64,000 bases of DNA from Ranitomeya imitator (taxonomy: Eukaryota). The notes under the pieces were generated by a model. It was not told the origin of the DNA. It did not search any database and saw only the letters and a list, made by a program, of their open reading frames with translations. Location: positions 16,120,001 through 16,184,000 of the forward strand of contig NC_091289.1 in the NCBI RefSeq assembly GCF_032444005.1, given 5' to 3'. This document shows, in pieces, positions 10,452 to 23,583 of the stretch (the stretch's first letter is position 1; each line of letters starts with the position of its first letter). The position numbers were made by a program, and so were the translations under genes.

Positions 10452-12699
10452 GTATGGACACTGGGTATAGCCACTGGGTATGGTCACTGGGTATGGTCGG
10501 TGGGTATGACCACGGGGTATGGACACTGGGTATGGCCACTGGGTATGGTCACTGGGTATGGTCACTGGGTATGGACACTGGGTATGGTCACTGGGTATGG
10601 ACACTGGGTATGGCCACTGGGTATGGTCACTGGGTATAGCCACTGGGTATGGCCACTGGGTATGGTCGGTGGGTATGACCACTGGGTATGGACACTGGGT
10701 ATGGTCACTGGGTATGGCCACTGGGTATGGTCACTGGGTATGGACACTGGGTATGGACACTGGGTATGGTCACTGGGTATGGTCACTGGGTATGGCCAAT
10801 GGGTATGGTCACTGGGTATGGCCAATGGGTATGGTCAGTGGGTATGGACACTGGGTATGGTCACTGGGTATGGTCACTGGGTATGGCCAATGGGTATGGT
10901 CACTGGGTATGGCCAATGGGTATGGTCAGTGGGTATGGACACTGGGTATGGACACTGGGTATGGTCACTGGGTATGGCCAATGGGTATGGTCAGTGGGTA
11001 TGGACACTGGGTATGGACACTGGGTATGGTCACTGGGTATGGTCACTGGGTATGGCCAATGGGTACGGTCACTGGGTACGGTCACTGGGTATGGACACTG
11101 GGTATGGACACTGGGTATGGCCAATGGGTATGGCCAATGGGTATGGTCAGTGGGTATGGACACTGGGTATGGACACTGGGTATGGTCACTGGGTATGGTC
11201 ACTGGGTATGGTCACTGGGTATGGCCAATGGGTATGGACACTGGGTATGGACACTGGGTATGGTCACTGGGTATGGTCACTGGGTATGGCCAACGGGTAC
11301 GGTCACTGGGTATGGTCACTGGGTATGGTCACTGGGTATGGCCAATGGGTACGGTCACTGGGTACGGTCACTGGGTATGGACACTGGGTATGGACACTGG
11401 GTATGGACACTGGGTATGGTCACTGGGTATGGCCAATGGGTATGGTCAGTGGGTATGGACACTGGGTATGGACACTGGGTATGGACACTGGGTATGGACA
11501 CTGGGTATGGTCACTGGGTATGGCCAATGGGTATGGTCAGTGGGTATGGTCAGTGGGTATGGTCACTGGGTATGGTCACTGGGTATGGCCACTGGTTATG
11601 GTCACTGGGTATGGCCAATGGGTACGGTCACTGGGTATGGGCACTGGGTATGGTCACTGGGTATAGCCACTGGGTATGGTCACTGGGTATGGTCACTGGG
11701 TATGGTCACTGGGTATAGCCACTGGGTATGGTCATTGGGTATGCTCACTGGGTTTAGCCACTGGGTATGGTCACTGGGTATGGTCACTGGGTATGGTCAC
11801 TGGGTATGGTCACTGGGTATAGCCACTGGGTATGGTCATTGGGTATGCTCACTGGGTTTAGCCACTGGGTATGGTCACTGGGTATGGTCATTGGGTATGG
11901 TCACTGGGTATGGTCACTGGGTATAGCCACTGGGTATGGTCACTGGGTATGGTCACTGGGTATGGTCACTGGGTATGGTCACTGGGTATGGTCACTGGGT
12001 ATGGTCACTGGGTTTAGCCACTGGGTATGGTCACTGGGTATGGTCACTGGGTATGGTCACTGGGTATAGCCACTGGGTATGGTCACTGGGTATAGCCACT
12101 GGGTATGGTCACTGGGTATGGTCACTGGGTATGGTCACTGGGTATGGTCACTGGGTTTAGCCACTGGGTATGGTCACTGGGTATGGTCACTGGGTATGGT
12201 CACTGGGTTTAGCCACTGGGTATGGTCACTGGGTATAGCCACTGGGTATGGTCACTGGGTATGGTCACTGGGTATGGTCACTGGGTTTAGCCACTGGGTA
12301 TGGTCACTGGGTATGGTCACTGGGTATGGTCACTGGGTATGGTCACTGGGTATAGCCACTGGGTATGGTCACTGGGTATAGCCACTGGGTATGGTCACTG
12401 GGTATGGTCACTGGGTATGGTCACTGGGTATGGTCACTGGGTATGGTCACTGGGTTTAGCCACTGGGTATGGTCACTGGGTATGGTCACTGGGTATGGTC
12501 ACTGGGTATGGTCACTGGGTATAGCCACTGGGTATGGTCACTGGGTATAGCCACTGGGTATGGTCATTGGGTATGGTCACAGGGTATGGTCACTGGGTAT
12601 AGCCACTGGGTATGGTCACTGGGTATGGCCACTGGGTATGGTCATTGGGTATGGCCACTGGGTATGGTCATTGGGTATGCTCACTGGGTATGGCCACTG
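10452..12699. repeat. 13-bp minisatellite, about 170 copies
   Basis: Unit GGTCACTGGGTAT. Three units give 39 nt, hence the MVTGYGHWVWSLG periodic ORFs. Confidence 0.97.
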
Positions 12700-12933
12700 C
12701 TGACCTACAGTATCACCTCTAGGAGGCCGATTCATCAAGACAATTTAGGACAATTTGTGACAGTTTCTGGCACCGTTTGATGGATCCATGTCCAAATTTA
12801 TATCCAAAAAAGATAAACATGGCGCCGATCAAATACCTATGGGAGCTGCTGAATTGCTGGGCATCCACTTATCTCTTGCAATCATCCTGACATGACACCA
12901 TTCTTATCCACAGGCTCAGCGCTAATCATTTAA

Positions 12934-13210
12934 AGGGAACCATACAGCACGTTATACGGCAGTAGTGATATGGCGGCATAGCTGAGCGTCTCCCAATAAA
13001 AAACGATCCCTGTTTTTTGTAAAGATCCGATGTGCCGGTCATGAGAGATCTAGCCTAGAAGCCATATGCAAATCGGAGAGGGTGTCAATGCACTTGGATT
13101 GCTTCTTCCTGACACAACCTCGGGGCAGTTCCATATAACGTTTACACTAGATTTTGCATGACTGGAACATTGGATCTCTACAAAAAAAATATCACTATGA
13201 TAGGTTCCCT
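12934..13210. mobile_element. TTAA-flanked MITE (Kolobok/T2 type)
   Basis: TTAA|AGGGAACCATAC ... ATGATAGGTTCCCT|TTAA. Confidence 0.7.
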
Positions 13211-13921
13211 TTAAGGGGTTAAGCTGCATTACCAGACACAGCCTATGGACAAGGGTGGCGCTGTTTTTTTAATCTCGCATGATCCTTATATTACCAGTGA
13301 AGAGTAGAGGAATTAACCCCATGAGCAGTGAGTAAGTGCCCCCTGCCCAGCTTGTACATAGCCCTCCGGACACTGCCGCATACGGTGGCATACACTTTGT
13401 TTTGGTGTCAGCTCTCCGGATAATTGGCACAGGCGGCCGGGGTGCAGGAAGGAGCAGTTTGTTTTGGAATTGGCTCCGGCATTGTGTACTAATTGCTGTT
13501 TGTTCGCTTTTGCACAGGATGTTCCACTTGTGCAAGAAATAAACGGACTGCGCTCTCCAGATGATCCATCATTAATTTGTATAATTTGTAAGAATTATCT
13601 ATTTGTTTATCTTCCTAATTGGGTAAAATTGCAAAGTCCCTGTAAAAACAAGCAGCTTTCCAACGTACCAGTTATTAAAAACAGCAAAAACCAAGAGATT
13701 TTTTTGTTTTATTGTTTACTGCTCATTGTCTAGGTTACCGGCCACCTCTGCAGTCTATTAGAGGTGGCCGGCTCCTAAGGAAAAAAGTGCAATCTTGCAG
13801 ACTATTGGGTATATACGTTGCAAGAACACCTCTGAAGCGGGCCGGATCCAGTGTCCCTGCGCCGGTGCGTACTGTCAATATTCAGGAGCGGTGACCCAAA
13901 AAAATTGGACAACCGCTTTAA

Positions 13922-14360
13922 AGGGAATCTGTGAGCACTGCAGGTTTTTGCTATGTAATCTGAAAGCAGCACAATATAGGGCAAGAGATCCTGATTCCAG
14001 CAATGTATCACTTACTAGGCTGCTTGTTGTAGTTTTGGTACAATCCCTGTTTTCTCTGCTGTAGATGTAGCAGAGCTTGGATTGCTGAGCCGTGTATAAC
14101 CCCGCCCACACCACTAATTGGTAGCTTCCTGTTTGCTGTGTCAGCAATCTGCCAATCAGTGGTGGGGGCGGGATTACACAGATTAGCTGGACCGTACTGC
14201 ACGTGACACCTAGTCCTGTAGTGATAATCTCCTTCTGATAAAACACTGATTGTAGTGAAACTACAACACACAGTACAGTAAGTGATACATCCCTGGAATC
14301 GGGCTCTCTTTATTATGCTGCTCTAAGATAAAATTGCAAAAAACAGCTGACAAATTCCCT
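13922..14360. mobile_element. TTAA-flanked MITE (Kolobok/T2 type)
   Basis: TTAA|AGGGAATCTGTGAGC ... GCTGACAAATTCCCT|TTAC, with a palindromic interior. Confidence 0.65.
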
Positions 14361-15787
14361 TTACGATTTTTTTTTTTTTTAAAGTTTGGGCAAAAAATAA
14401 TCTGATCACATACTGCTCTGCTCCTGAGGATCTCAACGATCAAGTGAAATCTGCAAGGCCACTTTGCAGCAAGTATTCAATCTCCCTACAGCACCACCAC
14501 TGGGGAATTAAGGCATTACATGGTACCCAGTGATTTTCGATTGATACCTTCTTATCTCTATGGATACCGTCCCTTTAATGTAAGACAGTGCAGGGATCTC
14601 CTGTCACCTGGCAGCCATCTGTCTTGGCCCTGAGCCACCTCTACCACCCCACGAGACTGGTATAACCTATGCCCTGTGCCCGGGCGAGACCAATGGGTGT
14701 GTAGTCTCTTTTGCACAACATAGACAAGTGTCGAGGATTAAATTAGCAACAGATTAAATGAAGAAAAAAATGTAATTGGCTAATTATTCTAGCTGAAGAT
14801 GATGATGACACGCCCAAGAGGAAACATTCATTATTTCTTTGTTATTGTGCAATACGTTTATTTAAAGGGGTTGACCGGGCTTACTGTATGGATGGCCTAT
14901 GACATAGGATAAAGGGTTAATATTGGGTCGGTGGAGGTCTTGTACCCGCCACCCCCGCCGATCAGCCAAAACGCAACAGTGCCATACACCGTATAGTGGC
15001 CAAACTCTGGTACTGCAGCTCAGGTCGTATTTATTTTAAATAGGAGTTGCAGTACCGAGCAATGGCCACTACACAATGAAGGGGGCGTCAGCTTTAAAAA
15101 CAGCACCACCCCAGTCTAAAGGCTGTTAGTGGTATTGCAGGTATTGAAACTCCTCAAACTACCGGAATGAAGTTAAAAAAATTCTAAAAACTTTTTTTTT
15201 TTTTTTTTTAATTCCATGGATGAATGCAATGGATTTTCAAATAAGCTGCCGTTACAATCAAAGCTGCTGCGACAAGAGACAAAGAAATAGAAAAACATGT
15301 CTGCGTTTTTTTAAGAAACAGCGCCACACCTATCCATAGTTTGTTTGCGGTATTGCACTCAGTCCCAATTCATTTCAATAGAGATGACCTGCAATACCAG
15401 ACACAACCCATGGACAGGGGTGGCGCTGTTCCTGGAAGAAAGCAGCTATTTTTTTTGTTTTTTTTCACACTGGACACCCCTTTAGTTTGCTAGTAGTGAA
15501 GCATCTTGTGGTTAAAATCATCCGATGATGCCAACATCCCTCCAGGGGCGCCATAAACCAGGCTCCGACCATAAACTGTACACTTCAATTTCCCGCTTCA
15601 ACTTCCAATCAATTTATGATCATTTTACTGCAGAAGTCGTCGTCTGAACATTCTGACATCCTGATGGAAAGTTCCGTCATGTCTCCTGGTTTTCTATATC
15701 TCGGCAAAAGCAGAGTCAGGATCAAGACACCTAGAAGAGCCTCCTATGCCCCAAAAATGTTTAAGAAGTAGGGAAAAGGAGAGAATA

Positions 15788-16240
15788 GACTATGTCCACA
15801 TGCTGATTTTTTGCTGCATTTATTTAACGTAAATTTTAAGCTGCGTTTTACAGTCTGAGCAAAAGCGATTTCAGAAATCTCATGCACACAAATTGTTTTT
15901 TTTTTTTTTCCTGACTGATTTGGAAAACTGCAGCATGTCACTTCTTTCAGCATTTTTGCAACTTTTTTTCACCCATAGAAAGCAATGAGCAAGTGCAAAA
16001 ACGTAGCAAAAAAACGCAGGTGTCGGGTTTTGCTGCTTTTTTGGTGCAAAAACCTAAGAAGTTGCATCATGTTTTTTTTTTTTTTTTGGGGGGGGGGCAT
16101 TAAACTTTACCAGCATCCATAAGAGACAATAAAAACGCAGCAAAACCTGATTTTTTTAAGTAGCTTCTTTACTGCCAAGAAAGCTGGTTTTGCCTACAGA
16201 AAAGAAAAACGCAGCAAAAACGCAATGTGTGAACATAGCC
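15788..16240. mobile_element. PIF/Harbinger-type MITE, degenerate
   Basis: Termini GACTATGTCCACATG and AATGTGTGAACATAGCC|TAA; interior rich in GCAAAAAACGCAG motifs. Confidence 0.55.
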
Positions 16241-16778
16241 TAAGACTTTGGTCACACGGAGTCTTTTTTTTTGAATGGATCCGCTACAAAATCCGCTTGA
16301 AAACCTCTTTCTATTCATATGAGTTTTGGGGGCTTTTTTTTTTTAAGAGGATATGGAAGAAATGCTGGTGGAAAGGCAAAATGCATGTTACTTCTTTGAA
16401 GCAGGTCCTGAACGAAACCTCTTCAAAATAGGCACCGTCCAATCAAAAGGCTGCAAGGAACGTTTAAGAAAAAGGAAAACTCCTAAAAAAACAAAAAAAA
16501 AAAAAGAGGTTCTTGTAGAAGTTTCTGCTTGGAAACTTAGTGTTTTTGAACCCATGAAAAACCCAGTGTGAACACGCCATAAAAGCTATATATTTCATAA
16601 ATAATACTGCCATATATTACACAAAAAAGGGCTAAATAGTATCCAATTATGATAATTATTATGACGAGTTCAGGGTAACGCCAGTAAAACCAAATTTCCC
16701 TTTTTAATTAGTGTCTAAGGAGTAATTTCTCTCCTTGTGTAGAGAGACATACCTGACATGCCAGTGTAAGGAGACTTA

Positions 16779-16930
16779 GGGTTTGTGCACACGTTGCAGA
16801 TTCCATTGTGGATTTTTCCGCGAGGATTCGGCAGAATCCGCAGGTAAAATGACCTGTGTTTTACCTGTGGATTGCATTGTAATCCTAATGCAAAGGCAGC
16901 AAAAAAAAACGCAACCTGTGTGCACAGACG
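16779..16930. mobile_element. PIF/Harbinger-type MITE, short
   Basis: TTA|GGGTTTGTGCACACG ... CTGTGTGCACAGACG|TAA. Confidence 0.55.
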
Positions 16931-17127
16931 TAATGGGATTTGAGAAAACGTTTTGCTCAATTTGTTGTGAAAAAAAACAGAACTTACCCTCCCCAGGTCC
17001 AAAGCAGTCAAACCACAGACCAGGGCAGGGCCGGAGACACATCACTGGACTGGGGAGGGAAAATAAAATGCAGTTGTGTTGGTTTTTTTTTTTACAATAA
17101 GTTTTTTTTAAAAAGGGACAATCCCTA

Positions 17128-17400
17128 GCATGGTGGCTCAGTGGTTAGCCTTGCAGCGCTGGGGTCCTGGGTTCTAATCCCACCCAGGACAACATCTGCA
17201 AAGAGTTTGTATGTTCTCTCCGTGTTTGCGTGGGTTTCCTTTGGGCACTCCGGTTTCCTCCCACATTCCAAAGACATACTGATAGGGATTCTAGATTGTG
17301 AGCCCCATCGGGGACAGTGATGATAATGTGTGCAAAATGTAAAGCGCTGCGGAATATGTTAGCGCTATATAAAAAATAAAGATTATTAAGATTATTATTA
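17128..17400 (+). mobile_element. tRNA-derived SINE (V-SINE-like)
   Basis: A box TGGCTCAGTGG, B box GGTTCTAATCC, V-domain core GTTTGTATGTTCTCTCCGTGTTTGCGTGGGTTTCC...CTCCGGTTTCCTCCCACATTCCAAAGACAT, and a tail AAGCGCTGCGGAATATGTTAGCGCTATATAA followed by ATT repeats. Confidence 0.85.
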
Positions 17401-18490
17401 AAGGGACGACTGAGCTGTCTGTGACTTCCTTATGACAAGTCTATAAAAAGGCAGAAGGTGATGACATTTCGAGAAACTGCTTTGCATCTGCCTCCAACAA
17501 GGAAAAAAAAGAAAAGAAAATCCTGACGTTCTCCCCTAGAGACGGGCTGTAAACAGAACTGGTGGAACGGGGTTAATTATAGGATGACGCCCGCGCTTTA
17601 TATAAAGGCAATTCGCGGGAATATCTCTCAGCGCAACGATGAGCTGCAACATGTCGGATCCGTCCGATCTCCACCTATAGCCACACGGTGATTCACCGGC
17701 TCATCACTGCATCGTTTGTATCTAGACTACTAATGGAATGCAGAAAAACAAAATCTGGAAACCATCAGCAAGCAGGATAGCCCTAAAGCACCTTATATAT
17801 GGCTTTATTTATTTTTTCAGTATGTCAGCCTCGTATATTAGATATTCACGAGTTAAAAGGAACCTGTCAGCGCTTGGAAGAAGCCATAGAATATTTAGAT
17901 AGATGGCCATAAGACTAGTTCTGTATACAATGCAGCATGCTGACAGGTTTCCTTTAATGAGCAGAACTATAAGGGTATTGGAGGGTTTGTAGGAAATTAT
18001 GGCTGCTGTCTTCTAATATAAGGGCCGCCCTCATCCTCAGGTTGTGTCTGTTATTGCAGCTCACCCCTGTTCACTGGAATGCTGCAATACCTGCCAGAGA
18101 CTAAGCACAGGTGTGGCGCTATTTCTTAAAAAAAAAAAAAAAGCAGACTTTTTTTTATATAATTTCCTTCCACCTTTAAAGTGTTAATGATTCATATATC
18201 ACTAATATATAGATACTATTATAGACACTTTATTTAAAAAAATCAGATCCGTCAACAGCTACTTGTTGATCGTTTCCATGTAAGAATTTTCCTGAACTGC
18301 ACTGAATGCAAACAAGGCTGAAACTGTAGAAAAATGAAGCTACTGAAACAACATATTCCATCCAATGTGTGACCTACAGCTTGTCACGTCAACCCAGACG
18401 GGGTCGCACCGGACTAATCTTGTCTCTTCCTATAGTCCTTGGACGGTTCTTAAACTTTTTTTTTTTTAAATGCTGGAGAATGTTTTAAAA

Positions 18491-18685
18491 CAGGGGTGTC
18501 AAACTGCATTCCTCGAGGGCTGCAAACAGGTCATGTTTTCAGGATTTCCTTGTACTGCACAGGTGATAATTTAATCACCTACACAAATAATGAGTTGGTG
18601 ATTAAATTATCGCCTGTGCAATAAAAGGAAATCCTGAAAACGTGACCTGTTTGCAGCCCTCGAGGAATGCAGTTTGACACCCCTG
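18491..18685. mobile_element. hAT MITE, near-perfect palindrome with 8-bp TSD
   Basis: CAGGGGTGTCAAACTGCATTCC ... GGAATGCAGTTTGACACCCCTG flanked on both sides by TTTTAAAA. Confidence 0.92.
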
Positions 18686-18743
18686 TTTTAAAACCCATAC
18701 CTAGCTGTAATAGTTAAGCAAAGTCCTGAGCCAGATCTCTTGC

Positions 18744-18787
18744 TTTGCACTGATGAGGAGTAAACACCCTGAAACATGTGTCTGGCT
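18744..18787 (+). ncRNA. Degenerate type I hammerhead-ribozyme-like motif (retrozyme or Penelope relic)
   Basis: CTGATGA (18750) - GGAG TAAACA CCCT - GAAAC ATGT GTC has the conserved core in the right order with a palindromic ACATGT stem III. Stems I and II carry mismatches. Confidence 0.4.
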
Positions 18788-19932
18788 TGGCTTCTTATCC
18801 TAAATTTTGTGGCAGGTTTGTTAAAGAACCGACAATTACTTTTAGGATGGCTCCATCTAATACACTACAATTTCTATGAGTTGCAGAATATTTGGACCAT
18901 TCTTAATGTGACTTATGTTCACCCATCCTCAGTTTCTCCATGGTAACAGACAACAGACAAACCCTGTGTAGTCGGATCCTGCAGCCATGTATTCCTCCAC
19001 TTTCCAAACCCCTCTTCTTGCTAACCTACAAACAGTAGAGATGAGCACATCACCACAGGATCAGATTATAGAATTTGTTTTGTTGTCTGTATCCATGGTG
19101 ACCAATAGGTCTGCATAGAAACTGCATACACAAAGGCAAGAGTAGTTTTTCTGTAGTTTTTCCTTGCATTACAAAGGATTGACACTGGAAGATGGTGCCC
19201 ATTTATTGCCTAATATTAGAAGACAGCAAGAAAGGAGCTACATAAAGGATATGCCCCCACCGCCATAACACTGCAGATTTGTGGACAGCCCCTTTGTTAC
19301 CGTATATGAGGTGTGTAAGTGTCGTGCTCAGACACTTACATCCCACTAAATGAAAACGGTAGCCCTTAGTGGCTAAATTAAAAATTAATAAATTAAAAAT
19401 AATTGATTATATAATCAAGAATTATTAATGCAAAATTAAAAAATCGCGGCACCTTCCCTTTAACGAGATCTCAGCAGCGACGGCATAAAAGTGTAAAATT
19501 ACATATTTTAGAATTTACACGTAAACTATGTGAACAATTTCCAGGCACTAGAACCCAAAGTTCCTGAGAAATGCTGAAATATAGGGCAAGAAATGCAGCC
19601 TACATTCACCACCACAAAGAGCTGTTTGCTGTCGGTTGCGGGTTTCTAAGAAAACCCATCTGATGATTCCGCCTAATCTTTCACGCTCCGCGGCGTAGTA
19701 TTAAACACGGCCCTAAAGGGGTTAGGTGACAACCCGAATCATAAAGCCATCACCAAGAGAGAAGGGAAGTTTATGTAACAAGCGATATTTGATAATACAA
19801 AGGTGAAAAAAACATTGTATCACTGTCAGCAAACTAATACCTGTTCTTATGGGGATGCGTCTGGTATTAACACTGTGGGCGCTGGCGGGACGCTTAAATC
19901 CAGTGTCATGTACCATCTAATGCTAAAAAAAA

Positions 19933-20200
19933 GGCAGCAAGATGGCTCAGTGGTTAGCAGTGCAGTGCTGGGGTCCTGGGCTCAAATCCCACCAAGGACA
20001 ACATCTGCAAGGAGTTTGCATGTTCTCTTCCTGTTTGTGTGGGTTTCCTCCGGGGTCTCCGGTTTCTTCCCACATTCCAAAGACATACTGATAGGGAATC
20101 TAGATTCTGAGCTCCAATGGGGACAGTGCAGAGAATGTCTGTAAAGCGCTGAGGAATTAATGGCGCTATATAGGTAAGCATAATAAAATAATAAGGATTT
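19933..20200 (+). mobile_element. tRNA-derived SINE (V-SINE-like), second copy
   Basis: Same head, core and tail as 17128-17400. Confidence 0.85.
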
Positions 20201-20455
20201 TTATACTAAAATAGGGGCACGGATTCCTAAATCCTACCACCAAATTAATAGCAAATATGTCGGCTCCCCACCCCTATTAAGATGAACACAGCAGGTTATG
20301 GCATATTGTACTCCATAAGTGCTATCCTCTGCAGCTGTTGTAGGGACCATACTTTTTTAGCATTGTGTAGTGGGAACCCAAACTGGAGGAATGGGGAATT
20401 AGGCCAAGACAACAGTCCCAATATTACCAGGACAGTCCTCGGAACGGTAATGTAA

Positions 20456-20705
20456 GGCTACGTTCACATTTGCGTTGTTGTGTGTTGCGTACGCGACGCA
20501 ACGCACAACGCATGCAATAACGCATTGTTTTGTGACGCATGCGTCCATTTTTGGCTTGATTTTGGACGGAAAAAAAATGCAACTTGCTGCGTCCTCTGCA
20601 CCCTGACGCGCCAAAAATGACGCATGCGTCACAAAACACAAGACAACGCATGTCCATGCGCCCCCATGTTAAATATAGCGACGCAACGCTAATGTGAACA
20701 TAGCC
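20456..20705. mobile_element. PIF/Harbinger-type MITE
   Basis: TAA|GGCTACGTTCACATT ... AATGTGAACATAGCC|TAA; 3-bp TAA TSD. Confidence 0.8.
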
Positions 20706-20781
20706 TAAAAAGTATGGAGCTTGGACAGTCACTCTTGCTTTGGGGAAAGTCTTACATTTTGGGATTCTTTTCCACCTAGTA

Positions 20782-20967
20782 CAGTGGTCCCCAACTCCAG
20801 GCCTCGAGGGCCGCCAACAGTGCAGGTTTTCAGGATTTCCTTATTATTGCACAGGGGTTGGAATCATCACCTGTGCAGATGATCACATTACCACCGATGC
20901 AATACTAAAGAAATCCTGAAAACCTGCACTGTTGGCGGCCCTCGAGGCCTGGAGTTGGGGACCCCTG
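20782..20967. mobile_element. hAT MITE with 8-bp TSD
   Basis: CAGTGGTCCCCAACTCCAGGCC ... GGCCTGGAGTTGGGGACCCCTG flanked on both sides by ACCTAGTA. Confidence 0.92.
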
Positions 20968-22733
20968 ACCTAGTATGTATGTCCAAGGATAATGGGGGAG
21001 ATAAAAACCCACCATTTAATTGCATCAGGGGTTGCAATACCTGTCTCCAAATCTTATACAATAGGGAAACATTGCAATGCAGTTTGGACAAAATATTGCC
21101 AGGACTCACAGACAATGAAATGTTGCCATGAAGGACAGTAAGGCTATGTTCCCACGTTGACATTTTGGTGACTTTTTGAGAAAAAAAAAAATGCAAGTAA
21201 CCTATTTTACTTAATGGGTGCAGAAAATCTGCAACATCAAAAACTCACCAAACGCTCACTGTGGGAACGTAGACTAATAATAATGTGTGCACAGTCTTTT
21301 TGCTGAGTTTTTCGAGAGATAAAGCCACGTTTTTTGAGGAGTTTTGATTTTGGGGGAATATTTAGAGTTTCCACTCAGTTTTCAGATCATAAATCCCATG
21401 GTATTCATCCAGGCTGTGGTCACTGTTGGCGCAGACTCCATATGCCCAATAGTAGACTGCAATATTATTGCAGGTAACCCTACTACACCTTAGAGCCTAG
21501 AATGCTATGATAACACAGTCAGCTCTGCTACATCTGTATTTTTCATTTCCCAAGTCAAGGTGACATAGTAATCTCAAAGGTATATCTACTATGGACATCG
21601 GCACGGACATGTGGACAGGTAAGGCTGGAATTTTATTTAGACCCTATTATCGTGGAAAAGACCATTAGATAAAGTAACCAAAACCTTCCATCTGTGTATA
21701 ATCTGCGGCGTCTCACATAAGTTTCTAAACTGGTCACATTTCGCAGCACAAGCGGTAACACAATACACACTGGGAATGTAACACGCCACCACGCCAAAAA
21801 AAAAAAAAGCCCCGACTTTTGTTCATTGTGATGGGTGTGAAAATAATCTCCAAAAACATAACATGCCTGAACAAAAAGAAATGAAAATAATATGGAGAGA
21901 AATATCACTATGCGGCTCCCCTTTAATGGTCCGATTATTAGCACATTTACTTCACAACTTCAGATTTACAGGGGATGACCAGAATTAGAAAAAAAAACAT
22001 GGCGTATATCCTCCCGAAATGGCACCGCACTTGCTCATGGGATGTGTTTTTGGTATTGCAGCTCCATTGAAGTGAATGGGTCTGAGCTGCAATACCAGAC
22101 ACAACCTGTGGACAGGGGTGGTGCTATTTTTGGAAGAAACTATGTTTTAAATTCTGATCAACAAGACATTCAGTTTACCATATAATGTACTGAAACAAGG
22201 AAAAAAATTACAAATGGGATGAAATGGTAAAAAATACATAAGCAATTCTGCATTTTTAAAAATTTTTTTTTTTTTTGGGGGGGGGTTGTTTTTAAGCTTT
22301 TGTTGTGCAGTAAAAATGCCCACAATACTGTAATGTGTTTCCCTTAAAGAACAACTAGATTTAGAGCGTTATTGCTGGACAATTAGCTTTATATTGTGCT
22401 CACACAAATAAATTAGATAACAGCACATAAAAATTAAAGTCGAACACGTAACACACCATCTACTTGGCTTTGCCTGTTGGCTTGCCCCAGGAGGAAGCTG
22501 ATAGGCGAAACCCATGTTTTGAAAAAGATGCCGTTCTGCGAGTTTCACATACTTTTTATGTGTTTTTTTTAAATAATTTATTTTTGTATGTCAAACACGT
22601 GGCATAACAGCTTCTACCCAACCAAGGGATTTGTCCGTCAGCTTCTTCCAGGGACAAACACCCACAGGCGAAACCTAAACATAATACAAAGCTAATGTCT
22701 GGCAGCACCGCTCTATGTCTAGTTGTTCTTTAA

Positions 22734-23069
22734 GGCTACGTGCACACGTTGTGGAAAGTCCTGCGGATTTTTCCGGACTAATTTTGGTAATTCCACAGGT
22801 AAACCGCACTGCAGATTACCTGACGAATTACTGCTGATTTACCGCAATTATTTTGCGGTTTTTGTGCGGATTTCACATGCGATTTTACACCTGCGGATTC
22901 CTATTATGGAGCAGGTGTAAACCACTGAGGAATCCGCACAAAGAATTGACATGCTGCGGACATGGCATGTGCACTGCGGATTTTGTTTTCCATAGGTTTA
23001 CATGGTACTGTAAACTCAGGGAAAACCGCTGCGGATCCGCAGCAAAATCCGCAACGTGTGCACATACCC
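22734..23069. mobile_element. PIF/Harbinger-type MITE (TGCGGA-rich family, also at 52411)
   Basis: TAA|GGCTACGTGCACACGTTG ... CAACGTGTGCACATACCC|TGA. Confidence 0.75.
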
Positions 23070-23583
23070 TGAGGCAACCTTTGGCCAATATTGTGGGCGG
23101 TGATTGCTTGTAGAACTACTGATCTCAGCAGGACAGATATCTATATCATTGGATGAATACACCAATACTGGAAGAGGGACAGAGAGGGAGGATTCTGGAT
23201 AATGTGGATTCTGCTCTAAATATCGTCGAGTTGCATTTTATCTGTTTTTACTGTGAAACCTGTTCGACCGCTTTATTGAACCTTGTCTTGCCCAGGTCTC
23301 ACTTGTGCCCTGGCGGCGGAAAGAGGACCTGATGAAATAATTATAAGAGCACCAACATAGCAGCCACGTGGGTCTTCAGCATGTCGAGGTGGCGGTGGGT
23401 GATGGGCACAAAAACAGATGCCCAGGCAGGATCCATGCATCTAAACGGAGCTGTCAGACATTCAGACCTCCCAACTGTCCCGTATCCAACGGGGCAGTCC
23501 TGATTTTGAGAGTCTGTCATGGGCAGTACCTTATTTTTCCCACCCTGCAGAGCCACATATATCTCCACCCACAAAGCCTCACA

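Noticed and set aside
10439-12780. ORFs up to 412 aa (MVTGYGHWVWSLG repeats)
   Set aside because: Translation of a 13-bp array that lacks stops in several frames; no splice or domain support.
13296-13560. Plus-strand exon-like pair (KSRGINPMS... then MFHLCKK or CSTCARNK)
   Set aside because: Good splice-like sites but only about 20 codons, no upstream exon found and no recognisable protein.
19849-19916. Alternative phase 0-to-1 candidate for IL17R exon 2 (MVHDTGFKRPASAH...)
   Set aside because: Weaker donor (GTATTA) and no family resemblance; the 16-nt exon at 9116 has better sites and the expected size.
23079-23328. Minus-strand exon-like segments in IL17R intron 1 (26 nt at 23328-23303; strong acceptor near 23168)
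   Set aside because: Inclusion after exon 1 shifts the frame and meets a stop within a few codons; no recognisable peptide. At most a poison exon.
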